This document shows, piece after piece, positions 20,775 to 29,524 of a DNA stretch of 64,000 bases (within the stretch, counting starts at the first letter, position 1; every line of letters begins with the position of its first letter). Origin of the DNA: an uncultured virus (IMG/VR IMGVR_UViG_3300027770_000035). Its lineage: Duplodnaviria > Heunggongvirae > Uroviricota > Caudoviricetes. The notes beneath the pieces are model-generated. The model was given only the letters and a program-made list of their open reading frames with translations, was not told the DNA's origin and did no database searches. The DNA lies in IMG/VR virus record IMGVR_UViG_3300027770_000035. One strand, written 5' to 3'. Both the position numbers and the translations under genes were made by a program.

Positions 20775-21117
20775 TGATATACGACCTTGTCCCTTTATTG
20801 GGAACTGGACGACCGCCAAGAATTATGAAGAGGCTGTTCATATTATGAGTAGTAATATCATCGAACACGCCTGGTTAGATCACGACTTGGCTCCTGAACA
20901 CTATCAACCAGGTGCGGAATCCTCAGACAAAACTGGTTATGATTTTGTTGTTTGGATGCAGGAGAATGATAACTGGCCAACCAATTCATGTACCGTACAT
21001 TCATTGAATCCTGTAGGCTCTACGAGAATGTGCAATCTGATTGCAGATCACTATGGCACGGAAGATCCGCAGAAACACTATGTATCATTTTTACAATTGA
21101 CTGGGAGAATTTGGTAA
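20758..21117 (+). CDS. Receiver-like (cyclic-phosphate-processing type) domain protein
   Basis: LWLDDIRPCP...LDHDL...TGYD...VHSLNPVG. Confidence 0.75.
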   Translation: MNLWLDDIRPCPFIGNWTTAKNYEEAVHIMSSNIIEHAWLDHDLAPEHYQPGAESSDKTGYDFVVWMQENDNWPTNSCTVHSLNPVGSTRMCNLIADHYGTEDPQKHYVSFLQLTGRIW

Positions 21118-21311
21118 TGCCGATATATGAGTATCATTGTTCAAAGTGTGATTGTGATTTCGAGCAGCTACAAAAAATGGACGAAGAGAATTTAACTCTT
21201 CGTCCTGATTGTGGCAAGGATTGTACGCTGGTAAAACAAATATCCAGAACATCCTTTCGGTTGTCTGGATCTGGATGGTATGCAACGGACTACAAGGGAA
21301 ATAATTTATAA
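21117..21311 (+). CDS. FmdB-family zinc-ribbon protein
   Basis: MPIYEYHCSKC...PDCG...FRLSGSGWYATDY. Confidence 0.85.
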   Translation: MPIYEYHCSKCDCDFEQLQKMDEENLTLRPDCGKDCTLVKQISRTSFRLSGSGWYATDYKGNNL

Positions 21312-21314
21312 ATA
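21307..21314 (+). promoter_or_regulatory. T4-type late promoter
   Basis: Exact TATAAATA upstream of GAGG and ATG at 21333. Confidence 0.7.
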
Positions 21315-21332
21315 TAAAGAGGTTGACCACAT

Positions 21333-22691
21333 ATGAGCGTTGTAAATGCATTCTCCAATCGATCTATAGATCGTCGTACTCTACTTCGTGGTATTGGATC
21401 TACATTGGCTCTACCTCTATTAGATTCAATGGTTCCGGCTATTGCATCTGGCACTCAACGAAAGACTAAGATTCCTACAAACATTGCATTCTGTTATGTT
21501 CCAAATGGTATTATTCCCAAGGATTGGTTACCATCAACCACTGGGAAAGGTTATGATATGATGCCAACCATGAAACCTCTGGAAGCATATAGGAATGACA
21601 TGCTGGTTCTGAGTAATCTGGCTCAGAACAATGGACGTGCATTAGGAGATGGAGCAGGAGACCATGCACGGGCAGGAGCAACATGGCTGACAGGAGTTCA
21701 TCCTAAGAAGACAGAGGGTGCTGATATTCATGCAGGAATATCAGCAGATCAAATTGCGGCAAGGTATCATGAGAAAGCAACTCAGTTTGGTTCTCTTGAA
21801 TTTGGTCTGGAAGAACCCTATCTGGCAGGAGGATGTGATTCAGGATATAGCTGCGCTTACACTAATACTCTTTCTTGGCGTGGTCCAACCTCTCCCAATC
21901 CAGTAGAAGTTAATCCTAGAGAAATATTTGAAAGACTATTTGGTGACAGCGACACCACAGATCCTACTGCCAGATTGAAACGTATGGCTCAGGACCGTAG
22001 TGTTCTTGACTTTGTCCGTCAGGACACTCTACGTCTTTCTATGGGTCTTGGAGTTCGAGACAAAAGTAAGCTACAAGAATATCTAGAATCTATTCGAGAT
22101 ATTGAACGCCGTATTCAGAAGGCCGAGAAGCAAACTAATATATCTACAATAGAACGACCGATTGGAATTCCTGAAACGTTCGAGGACCATGCCAGAATTA
22201 TCTCAGATCTGATGGTGATTGCTTTTCAGACAGATATGACAAGAGTAATTACATTCATGATGGCAAGAGAAGGATCAAACAGAAGTTATCGTGAGATAGG
22301 AATCAGTGATGGTCATCACTCAGTAACTCATCATCAAAATGATCCTGAGAAGATTGCAAAGACTCAGAAGATCAATGAACATCATGTAAAGTCTTTTGCC
22401 TATCTGGTCAATCGTATGAAGGCAACTCAACACGGAGAAGGTACATTATTAGATCACACATTACTACTTTATGGATCTAGTATTCGTGAGGGTAATGTAC
22501 ATGACCACCATGATCTTCCATTGATATTGGTTGGAGGTAAGGCCAATGGAATAGTTGGTGGTCGGCATATTCGATATAAAGAAGAAACACCTATGAATAA
22601 TCTTCTGGTTACAATGCTTGATAAGTCTGGTGTACCAGTAGACAAATTCGGAGATGCTGATGGAAAGATTGATTATCTGGGAGATCTGTAG
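21333..22691 (+). CDS. DUF1552-family protein (host-derived; twin-arginine-like N-terminus)
   Basis: RRTLLRGIGSTLALPLLDSM, YVPNG, GDHAR, SADQIAA, GCDSGYSCAY, FERLFG, HHSVTHH, GTLLDHT, HDHHDLP. Confidence 0.85.
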   Translation: MSVVNAFSNRSIDRRTLLRGIGSTLALPLLDSMVPAIASGTQRKTKIPTNIAFCYVPNGIIPKDWLPSTTGKGYDMMPTMKPLEAYRNDMLVLSNLAQNNGRALGDGAGDHARAGATWLTGVHPKKTEGADIHAGISADQIAARYHEKATQFGSLEFGLEEPYLAGGCDSGYSCAYTNTLSWRGPTSPNPVEVNPREIFERLFGDSDTTDPTARLKRMAQDRSVLDFVRQDTLRLSMGLGVRDKSKLQEYLESIRDIERRIQKAEKQTNISTIERPIGIPETFEDHARIISDLMVIAFQTDMTRVITFMMAREGSNRSYREIGISDGHHSVTHHQNDPEKIAKTQKINEHHVKSFAYLVNRMKATQHGEGTLLDHTLLLYGSSIREGNVHDHHDLPLILVGGKANGIVGGRHIRYKEETPMNNLLVTMLDKSGVPVDKFGDADGKIDYLGDL

Positions 22692-22700
22692 AAAATAATT

Positions 22701-22916
22701 CTAATAATGAATCTCCACAGGAATAATTTCTACTGAGGTCTTGGGGTTTTGAACCAAAGAATAATATTCATCAGTCTGATGTCTCTCCAGAAAGATGGTG
22801 GCCTTCTTTGGGACCGTTGACCAAGACCAACCATTCTCAGAGTTATTATCATCAGCTTTAAGAAACTCAGAAACTCCGCTGAGATTTGATTGCGTGATCA
22901 CCCATCCAATTGTCAA
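22701..22916 (-). CDS. Hypothetical protein
   Basis: Last ORF of a run of short coupled minus-strand ORFs. Confidence 0.5.
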   Translation of the reverse strand: MTIGWVITQSNLSGVSEFLKADDNNSENGWSWSTVPKKATIFLERHQTDEYYSLVQNPKTSVEIIPVEIHY

Positions 22917-23083
22917 TACACATCCTCGGCTTCCAGAATAATCTTCTCACCATCATCAGCCACTACCAAGACATTCACTTCAAACAAAGTGTCAGTTTTG
23001 GTGTCATTGAAATATACAACTGCATCATCGAAGATGTGACTCATCTCCTCATTCAGAACTCGTCTTAGGTCACCTTTGGTCAT
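22913..23083 (-). CDS. Hypothetical acidic protein (56 aa)
   Basis: MTKGDLRRVLNEEMSHIFDDAVVYF...ILEAEDVY; below the ORF-track cutoff. Confidence 0.55.
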   Translation of the reverse strand: MTKGDLRRVLNEEMSHIFDDAVVYFNDTKTDTLFEVNVLVVADDGEKIILEAEDVY

Positions 23084-23084
23084 A

Positions 23085-23291
23085 TCAAAACCTGCTGGTT
23101 GAATTTTGTGCTAACTGCGGAAGAGATGCCCAGCGGAATGAGGTTCCGGTGTATCGGGATTCAATAATCTTCCGAGCCGCAAATGTATTTAGTGCAAAGA
23201 TAGTTTCTTCGGTGTAAACTCGTTTGTCAGAGACATAGAACTTACACAAATATTGTCCACGCATACTAGTTGTTCTCCCAACAGTCTTCAA
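23085..23291 (-). CDS. Hypothetical protein
   Basis: Coupled ORF in the early gene run. Confidence 0.45.
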   Translation of the reverse strand: MKTVGRTTSMRGQYLCKFYVSDKRVYTEETIFALNTFAARKIIESRYTGTSFRWASLPQLAQNSTSRF

Positions 23292-23463
23292 TCATAATCG
23301 ATCCAACAATCAGATTAACCATAATAAGTCTCTTGTTTCCCGTTGGCCACCACACAACAGAATACCCAAGATTGACTCCCCGAGAAGGAACAACCCAGTG
23401 CCAAGTCCATACAGTATTATACTTATGTTTCACTGGACTGTCCTCCCTCAGTTCGACCATCAA
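23266..23463 (-). CDS. Hypothetical protein
   Basis: Coupled ORF in the early gene run. Confidence 0.4.
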   Translation of the reverse strand: MMVELREDSPVKHKYNTVWTWHWVVPSRGVNLGYSVVWWPTGNKRLIMVNLIVGSIMIEDCWENN

Positions 23464-23764
23464 AGTACACCAACATTACGTTTTTATTCGGAACGACATC
23501 AACGCCATACAGCATTGGTTTGTCTTCGTACTCACCATCCCAAGTTCGACTCCACCGATCCCCACAACACTGGCAATCTAATCCTCTCCAACTACATCCA
23601 TCAAAATACACACCAGCAAAACTCTCAGCTGCTGCATTAGCCATAGCAGCATTGACTGCCTGGACTACAACGTGCCTTGGGCCATGAAAATATCCACCAG
23701 AATTATTCTGAGAGAAAGTAAACCACTTCATATTATTCGTTGTCATAATCATACTCCCGACCAA
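23423..23764 (-). CDS. Conserved phage hypothetical protein
   Basis: FTFSQNNSGG...GVYFDG...DCQCCGDRW pattern. Confidence 0.7.
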   Translation of the reverse strand: MVGSMIMTTNNMKWFTFSQNNSGGYFHGPRHVVVQAVNAAMANAAAESFAGVYFDGCSWRGLDCQCCGDRWSRTWDGEYEDKPMLYGVDVVPNKNVMLVYFDGRTEGGQSSET

Positions 23765-24000
23765 CCAAGCCGACGTAGAATCTTCCGAGTACGACGAGTG
23801 TTTGTGAAAAATTGAAACTCGGGATTGAGCACAGTCTCCTTCGACCCACGGAAGATTCCATCATTTTCATGCTCTCGCTTACTCATATACTCAAATTCTT
23901 TATCGGACATACGATCACGATCACAGACTAATGAACTGAACCAACTTTGCCAGACACGAATCCTCTTTCTGCTACGTTGCGTCGTCATCATCATAAACAC
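23749..24000 (-). CDS. Hypothetical protein
   Basis: Coupled ORF. Confidence 0.45.
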   Translation of the reverse strand: MFMMMTTQRSRKRIRVWQSWFSSLVCDRDRMSDKEFEYMSKREHENDGIFRGSKETVLNPEFQFFTNTRRTRKILRRLGWSGV

Positions 24001-24166
24001 TTAGCTCCATAATATTATCGTTCCAATTCGCACCACGACGAAGGTAGTCCAGACCACCATCAACAAAGACCTCACCACAAAGACAATACTTGAAATCGTG
24101 TCGGTGAGTGGACTCAATTATGTTACCACAAAGCTTACAGGCAATCTCATTCTTTTTAATTGTCAT
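23972..24166 (-). CDS. Small Cys-rich phage protein
   Basis: CKLCGNIIESTHRHDFKYCLCGEVFVDGGLDYLRR. Confidence 0.75.
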   Translation of the reverse strand: MTIKKNEIACKLCGNIIESTHRHDFKYCLCGEVFVDGGLDYLRRGANWNDNIMELSVYDDDDAT

Positions 24167-24514
24167 TTAATCTCCAGCTGGACAGAATCTTACTTGCTCC
24201 ATAAGATCCAAGATCTTATTAACAGTTTCACTATTGTTGGACACTAAGATTGAAACGGCGACTCGCTGATATTCTCTACGACATCCGGATGGATGAGGCC
24301 AAGAGGAACTGTTGTAGTCACACTCCTCTCCAAAGTGCAACAGATTATGAATTCTATCTGCTAACAATTCACTCGGAGTAAATAAGCTACGACGTTTCAA
24401 CTCTTCGCTGAATTCAGAAACAATCGTCTCAAGTTCTTTCTTTCTTTGGATCATGATGGAGGACGGCATATCCTTGATTGATCTACCCAAATTATCTTTT
24501 TGTTCAGTCGTCAT
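24167..24514 (-). CDS. Hypothetical protein (start moved to MTTEQ)
   Basis: ATG at 24514 follows GGGAG; the upstream part of the track ORF overlaps another ORF. Confidence 0.5.
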   Translation of the reverse strand: MTTEQKDNLGRSIKDMPSSIMIQRKKELETIVSEFSEELKRRSLFTPSELLADRIHNLLHFGEECDYNSSSWPHPSGCRREYQRVAVSILVSNNSETVNKILDLMEQVRFCPAGD

Positions 24515-24518
24515 CGGC

Positions 24519-24677
24519 TCACATCTCCCAATTGCAATATTCACACCAATGCCACAACGGATTTTCGTTGTTGTCGCATAAGTACTGGTCGTGCTTGGTA
24601 CAATGCCAGAACGGACGTTGTTCAAAGAGTGTAACCAGACCTGCAGTGTTGGTTCTAGAAGCTATGGGCATTTGCAT
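24519..24677 (-). CDS. Hypothetical Cys/His protein (52 aa)
   Basis: MQMPIASRTN...CTKH...WCEYCNWEM; coupled to the upstream stop. Confidence 0.45.
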   Translation of the reverse strand: MQMPIASRTNTAGLVTLFEQRPFWHCTKHDQYLCDNNENPLWHWCEYCNWEM

Positions 24678-25075
24678 TATTCTACTCCAATCTCGGCATA
24701 TTCAGCCAGACAGCGATCTCGAATTTCAGGAAGACACTCAGGAATCAAATAGCCAGGAAAGGCATTGACTCCCATTTCCCAGGCCATTCTCTCTGTATGA
24801 TCTTCACCATATAATTTATATGCCAGCAGATGACCGTACTCGTGAATCACCACACACAGAATCTGATCTGTATCGTCGTCTGGATTGTCGGCGTAGAGAT
24901 CAATCAGATTCTCGTCGAGGTACGCACAACCATTATAAGGCAGAGTGTTGCCTATATCCTCTGGAATTTTTGAAGTGTGTCCCATAAAGGCGACCTCAAC
25001 TCCAGCCTTTTCGATGAGGCTGATTGCCTTGGTGAGATTATTAGCAGACATTCTTCTTGACTCCAAATGGCCCAA
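24677..25075 (-). CDS. Putative zinc metallopeptidase-like protein
   Basis: HEYGH zincin motif followed by HTERMAW. Confidence 0.6.
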   Translation of the reverse strand: MGHLESRRMSANNLTKAISLIEKAGVEVAFMGHTSKIPEDIGNTLPYNGCAYLDENLIDLYADNPDDDTDQILCVVIHEYGHLLAYKLYGEDHTERMAWEMGVNAFPGYLIPECLPEIRDRCLAEYAEIGVE

Positions 25076-25265
25076 TCACTTCGAATACCAGTCCGAAACC
25101 GTGGATGGATAATCCCCACAGGCAGCGACCGCTACGGAAGGTGCTGAAGTGCCAAGGATTCTCTATATCCATTTTCATTCTCCGACGCAGAGCAAACCAA
25201 CCGACCCAACGATACTTACCCTTGGTGATATACTCCACGAACTTGAAGATGAATTCGGCAGACAT
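25041..25265 (-). CDS. Hypothetical protein
   Basis: MSAEFIFKF... coupled to the upstream peptide. Confidence 0.45.
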   Translation of the reverse strand: MSAEFIFKFVEYITKGKYRWVGWFALRRRMKMDIENPWHFSTFRSGRCLWGLSIHGFGLVFEVIGPFGVKKNVC

Positions 25266-25339
25266 TAGAGGATCTCCATCGCAAGCCACATCATAAAGAA
25301 TACCGCCACGAGTTTCAGAGCGTCTTTGATCATTTCCAT
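25265..25339 (-). CDS. 24-aa hydrophobic peptide
   Basis: MEMIKDALKLVAVFFMMWLAMEIL; first ORF after a promoter and AAGG. Confidence 0.5.
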   Translation of the reverse strand: MEMIKDALKLVAVFFMMWLAMEIL

Positions 25340-25356
25340 ATCAACCTTATATAACT

Positions 25357-25385
25357 ATTGTACCATATGCTGCGAGAGAAGTCAA
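25357..25385 (-). promoter_or_regulatory. Sigma70-type promoter
   Basis: TTGACT-17-TACAAT, then leader ATAAGGTTGAT-ATG. Confidence 0.8.
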
Positions 25386-25388
25386 CAA

Positions 25389-25931
25389 CTATTCTGATAC
25401 CACATCAACACCCGAGACCTGGGCATGATCCGAGACCTGGGCATTACCCGAGACCCAGGCCTTACCCGAGACCCAGGCATTACCCCGGACCCAGGCCGTA
25501 TCCAAGACCCAGGCCGTACCCGAGACCTGGGCATTACCCGAGACCAAGGCATTACCCGAGACCCAGGCATCACCCCGGACCTGGGCCTTACCCGAGACCT
25601 GGGCATCACCCCGGACCCAGGCATTACCCGAGACCTGGGCATCACCCGTGACCAGGGCATCATCCGAGACCCTGGCATTACCCGAGACCAGGGCATTACC
25701 CGAGACCCAGGCATTACCCCAGACCTGGGCCGCACCCGAGACCCAGGCCTTACCCGAGACCTGGGCCGCACCCGAGACCCTGGCCTTACCCCAGACCTGG
25801 GCATCTGGTCCAACAAAGGCTGTGTTGGCCACGGTCGCTGTGTTCTGGACCCAACCACCACCATTTGAATGCTGGTGCCAGGTTTCTTCGGTGGCTTTGG
25901 GGTAGAGTGTTTTCAAGTCTGAGAGTGTCAT
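25389..25931 (-). CDS. Hexapeptide-repeat (VSGNAW-type, beta-helix-like) protein, copy 1
   Basis: Conserved head WHQHSNGGGWVQNTA plus more than 20 18-bp repeats. Confidence 0.8.
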   Translation of the reverse strand: MTLSDLKTLYPKATEETWHQHSNGGGWVQNTATVANTAFVGPDAQVWGKARVSGAAQVSGKAWVSGAAQVWGNAWVSGNALVSGNARVSDDALVTGDAQVSGNAWVRGDAQVSGKAQVRGDAWVSGNALVSGNAQVSGTAWVLDTAWVRGNAWVSGKAWVSGNAQVSDHAQVSGVDVVSE

Positions 25932-25966
25932 TTAGTATCAATCAACCTTATATAACTATTGTACCA

Positions 25967-26150
25967 TATCCAGACAAAGAACACAACCAGAGAATTGCCT
26001 TTAGAATGAACAACTTACTCTAAGTTGTTGAAAACGCAGGGAAGAAAGTTCTGAACTTTCTCAACAATCTTTATTGCCTTTAGAATGAACAAGATACCGT
26101 AAGTTGTTGATTCTAAACAGAATTCTCTGGTTGTGTTCTTTGTCTGGATA
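25967..26150. repeat. Perfect 30-bp inverted repeat carrying divergent promoters, with internal direct repeats and a palindrome
   Basis: 25967-25996 is the exact reverse complement of 26121-26150; ATTGCCTTTAGAATGAACAA at 25994 and 26073; AGAAAGTTC-T-GAACTTTCT at 26043-26061. Confidence 0.9.
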
Positions 26151-26165
26151 CGATATAATGGTTGT

Positions 26166-26405
26166 ATGGTTGATATGGAAAAGCGAGACTGGTTGATTAT
26201 GAAGCTCTACGAGGGCGAAGATTGTAAACCATATACATATATGATCGACTGCCCAGAACTGGCCGACGCCGAATTCCACATCGATGACTGGAAGAACATC
26301 CTGGATCGTCGCCTCACTCGTGGCATCCTGACCGAAGTCGCACGAGCGACGTTCTCCTGGTTTCATTCCGAGAGCCAATTCATCGATGATGCTTGGTCCG
26401 CATAA
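26166..26405 (+). CDS. Hypothetical protein (probably leaderless)
   Basis: TTGTGT(26131)-17-TATAAT(26154)-6 nt-ATG. Confidence 0.6.
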   Translation: MVDMEKRDWLIMKLYEGEDCKPYTYMIDCPELADAEFHIDDWKNILDRRLTRGILTEVARATFSWFHSESQFIDDAWSA

Positions 26406-26448
26406 AATAGTCCTTGACTTCTGAACTCCGATACGGTATAATAATAAT

Positions 26449-27513
26449 ATGAGTCGAATTGCTAATGTGACTGAAGCCATGTATGGTAAGGAGCCTTCTC
26501 CTTCCGATACTAGTCTGGCTAATCTCCTGGACTATTACTCCCAGGCCCATACGAAAGAAGAGAAGAAGAAGTGGTTCTTGGAATACTATGAGAGTCCTTC
26601 TTCGATCAAGACAGGAAATCTGAAGCTGATTGAGTCTCTGCCTGACAATCAATTTGTCCAGGCAGGAACTCTGGCTCGGATCTGGCTGAGAGGATGTCAG
26701 CTTCCTCAGGTCGGGAATAAGCTTGAAGAGTTTGAGGCCGAGTTGCTGGCCGCAGGATGCCTGGCTAAGTTGCAGATTGACTCTGCCGCAGAGAAGAAGT
26801 CTCGCAAGAAGAGTCTTCTGGCGATTCAAAATGCCAATGATCTTGTGAGTCAGATTGACGAGCAGATTGATTTTTGTATTCAGAACAACTGTGTCTCTAA
26901 GTTTGATATGGGCCAGTGGACCAAACGCAATCCCACTCTCACGTCTGACATTCAGGCTACGATTCAGCGACGAGTTCAAAAGTTGTATGATGAGGTAGTG
27001 CTTTCCTCCAGCGATCCTGATCTGGCTGAGGCATACTCTTATCTTACCAACCGGAAGAAGCGAGACTTCCTGGCCTTTCTCTCTGGTATACTCTCTACCA
27101 AAGTTGAGAAGGCTTCTCGCAAATCCAGCGGTCCTCGAAAGACCAAGGCGAAGACACCAGATAAACTGGTCAAGTACATCAAGTACATGCCGTCTTTCGA
27201 GGAACTGAAGTTGACTTCGATTGATCCTAAGGATATCATCGGAGCAACTTCCCTCTGGGTGTACAATACCAAGTATCGTATCCTGACCAATTATGTGTCT
27301 GATTCTGGGTTGTCCATCAAGGGCACTACTCTACTAAATATTTCTGATGACTCTGTGGGTAAGAAAGTTCGAAAGCCAGAATGTCTCGTGCCTCTTATTC
27401 CTTCGATGGGAAAGGTTCCTCTGAAGAAAGTTATGGACAATCTGACTACCAATGACATCACACCAACTGGAAGGATTAACACGGACACCGTAATTCTACG
27501 GGCGAGTAAGTAA
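26449..27513 (+). CDS. Conserved T4-like phage hypothetical protein (probably leaderless)
   Basis: C-terminal SIDPKDIIGATSLWVYNTKYR...KGTTL...RKP...TGRINTDTVILR; TTGACT(26414)-17-TATAAT(26437)-6 nt-ATG. Confidence 0.75.
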   Translation: MSRIANVTEAMYGKEPSPSDTSLANLLDYYSQAHTKEEKKKWFLEYYESPSSIKTGNLKLIESLPDNQFVQAGTLARIWLRGCQLPQVGNKLEEFEAELLAAGCLAKLQIDSAAEKKSRKKSLLAIQNANDLVSQIDEQIDFCIQNNCVSKFDMGQWTKRNPTLTSDIQATIQRRVQKLYDEVVLSSSDPDLAEAYSYLTNRKKRDFLAFLSGILSTKVEKASRKSSGPRKTKAKTPDKLVKYIKYMPSFEELKLTSIDPKDIIGATSLWVYNTKYRILTNYVSDSGLSIKGTTLLNISDDSVGKKVRKPECLVPLIPSMGKVPLKKVMDNLTTNDITPTGRINTDTVILRASK

Positions 27514-27515
27514 CC

Positions 27516-27752
27516 ATGAAAATTACAACAAACCACGATAAGACTGCAATGTACCTGATTGAGAATGGCTGGGAGAAAATGAGTCAAGGGTTCTCTCATC
27601 CGTATCTGACAGAGGACAATTCCTTTGTGCCCAAGGAAGTTGCTATTATGACACAGAAGACTTTTGATCCAGTAGGTTATCAGGAGTTCCTGATGCTTGA
27701 TAGTCTGGATTCAAAGCAGTCTCATATGTATTCACGGTACATGGATTCTTAA
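27516..27752 (+). CDS. Hypothetical protein
   Basis: Coupled ORF. Confidence 0.55.
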   Translation: MKITTNHDKTAMYLIENGWEKMSQGFSHPYLTEDNSFVPKEVAIMTQKTFDPVGYQEFLMLDSLDSKQSHMYSRYMDS

Positions 27753-27760
27753 TTGACATT

Positions 27761-27836
27761 GGCCCTCTAGCTCAATGGTTAGAGCAGCGGACTCATAATC
27801 CGTGTGTTATGTGTTCGAGTCACATGAGGGCCACCA
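27761..27836 (+). tRNA. tRNA with CAT anticodon, most likely tRNA-Ile2 (lysidine type)
   Basis: GGCCCTC/GAGGGCC acceptor stem, TAGCTCAATGGTTAGAGC D-arm, GCGGA-CTCATAA-TCCGT anticodon arm, TTCGA T-loop, encoded CCA; ileX-like acceptor stem. Confidence 0.9.
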
Positions 27837-27848
27837 AAAGGATATATT

Positions 27849-28205
27849 ATGATTATCAATGCACAGATGTTGATCGACGCCGAATACAAATGTTACCTGC
27901 GTGGTGGTGGCGACATTTTCAAAAATGCTGATGCATTCTACCAGAAACTAGTTTGGTTGCCATGCGTTTCCACCGGACATCCTACCAAACTTTATTTCAT
28001 TAATGTATATTTCTACGACAACTCAAGATTCAACCAGCCCAATGGTGCCACCTTCGAGGCGATCCTATATCTACCCAATGATATTGGAGTGACCGCCAGC
28101 GTGTCTGCCTCGCAATTTGAGTCGATCACAGAGATCGAGAAAGTATTTAAGGATCTGTATCGGAACAACGGATTCGTTCCTGATCCCCACAACCAAAGTA
28201 CATAA
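27849..28205 (+). CDS. Hypothetical protein
   Basis: AAGGA SD, 118 aa. Confidence 0.6.
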   Translation: MIINAQMLIDAEYKCYLRGGGDIFKNADAFYQKLVWLPCVSTGHPTKLYFINVYFYDNSRFNQPNGATFEAILYLPNDIGVTASVSASQFESITEIEKVFKDLYRNNGFVPDPHNQST

Positions 28206-28206
28206 T

Positions 28207-29034
28207 ATGATACTAATAGATCTGAATCAGATTGTCCTCTCTAACATGATGCAGTCCCTCAATGTCAAGAAGTCCTCTGTAATCGAAGAGGACTTGCTTC
28301 GTCATATGATCATGACTGCCATTCGATCATTTAAGAATCGGTTCTCAGCAGAGTATGGGAATATCGTGCTTTGCTCTGATGCTCACCAGTATTGGAGAAA
28401 GGATATATTTCCCAACTACAAGGCCAATCGAAAGAAGGCCAGAGAAACTTCTGGTATTGATTGGAATCAGATTCACAAGATCTTGAATAAGATCAAGGAT
28501 GAGATTCAGGAGAATCTTCCCTACAAGTTTATGGTGGTGCCTCATTGCGAGGCTGATGATATCATTGCGGTCCTGGCTTCCGTAGCCAAAGAAAGGGTTC
28601 TTATCATCTCTGGTGATAAGGACTTCCTTCAACTCCAGCAGTATCCTAATGTGACTCAGTATTCTCCGGTACAGAAGATGTTTCTTGTGGAGAGCAATCC
28701 TGTATTATTTCTCAGAGAAAAGATTATCTATGGAGACTCGGGTGATGGTATTCCTAATATTCTTTCGGATGATGATACCTTTGTCGCTGGTAGACGACAG
28801 AATCGAGTCACTACCAAGTTTCTTGAAGCATTCAATGAATACAAGACTGATGTGAGTTACTATCAGAGGTATGATCGCAACAATCGTTTGATCAACTTTG
28901 ATTGTATTCCGATGGAGATCAAGGGGCAGATTCTCCTAGCATATGAGAAGCCGATCCAGGGTTCTGCTGACAAGGCCGATAAATATCTGCAACGTAACAG
29001 AATGAAAACGTTACTATGGAATGGAGAATTCTAG
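28207..29034 (+). CDS. rnh: T4-type RNase H (5'-3' exonuclease)
   Basis: MILIDLNQ, YWRKDIFPNYKANRK, EADDII, ISGDKDFLQL, GDSGDGIPN. Confidence 0.95.
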   Translation: MILIDLNQIVLSNMMQSLNVKKSSVIEEDLLRHMIMTAIRSFKNRFSAEYGNIVLCSDAHQYWRKDIFPNYKANRKKARETSGIDWNQIHKILNKIKDEIQENLPYKFMVVPHCEADDIIAVLASVAKERVLIISGDKDFLQLQQYPNVTQYSPVQKMFLVESNPVLFLREKIIYGDSGDGIPNILSDDDTFVAGRRQNRVTTKFLEAFNEYKTDVSYYQRYDRNNRLINFDCIPMEIKGQILLAYEKPIQGSADKADKYLQRNRMKTLLWNGEF

Positions 29035-29477
29035 AGATTATGTATATGTCATCACCCGCAGAAATCCTAAAAGAAGCTAATGAGATTTTAGATCAGGTAC
29101 ATCGAGCAGAGTATCTTCGAGGCAAGCTTCGACCCTCACTTCAGATTCTTCTTGCTGCTGTGTTCAATCCGGATGTAAGCTTTCCTGATTACTCTGATGT
29201 AACATACAAAGAATCTCAGGCAGCACGAGGCTCCAAAGGGATCGTCGATTCCAATCTGGATAAAGAGTGTCGCCGACTCTACATCTTCTCCAATGCATCT
29301 GCTCTGTCCATTGAAAAGAAGAAGGCCAAACTGAGTTTGCTGTTTGAGTCTTTGCATAAGGAAGAAGTTGCACTGCTGAAGGACGTTCTCAACAAGAAAC
29401 TTCCATACGGCAAGATCAATAAGAAGTTTATGGAAGCCAAATTCCCCGGAGTCTTTGTAAAGAGAATTGATCGGTAG
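29016..29477 (+). CDS. Conserved T4-like hypothetical protein (start probably near 29040)
   Basis: ECRRLYIF...LFESLHKEE...KKLPY; position between rnh and gp45. Confidence 0.65.
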   Translation: MEWRILEIMYMSSPAEILKEANEILDQVHRAEYLRGKLRPSLQILLAAVFNPDVSFPDYSDVTYKESQAARGSKGIVDSNLDKECRRLYIFSNASALSIEKKKAKLSLLFESLHKEEVALLKDVLNKKLPYGKINKKFMEAKFPGVFVKRIDR

Positions 29478-29478
29478 C

Positions 29479-29507
29479 TTTACTTTGAGTGCCTGATGTA
29501 GTATAAT
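29479..29507 (+). promoter_or_regulatory. Sigma70-type promoter for the clamp operon
   Basis: TTTACT-17-TATAAT. Confidence 0.65.
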
Positions 29508-29524
29508 AGTAATATGGAGATATT

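Noticed and set aside
25358..25905. PRPRHY-, RDPG- and SRVMP-repeat ORFs here and at 54256-56053
   Set aside because: Alternative frames of the 18-bp repeat; only the VSGNAW frame has a conserved head, SD and promoter
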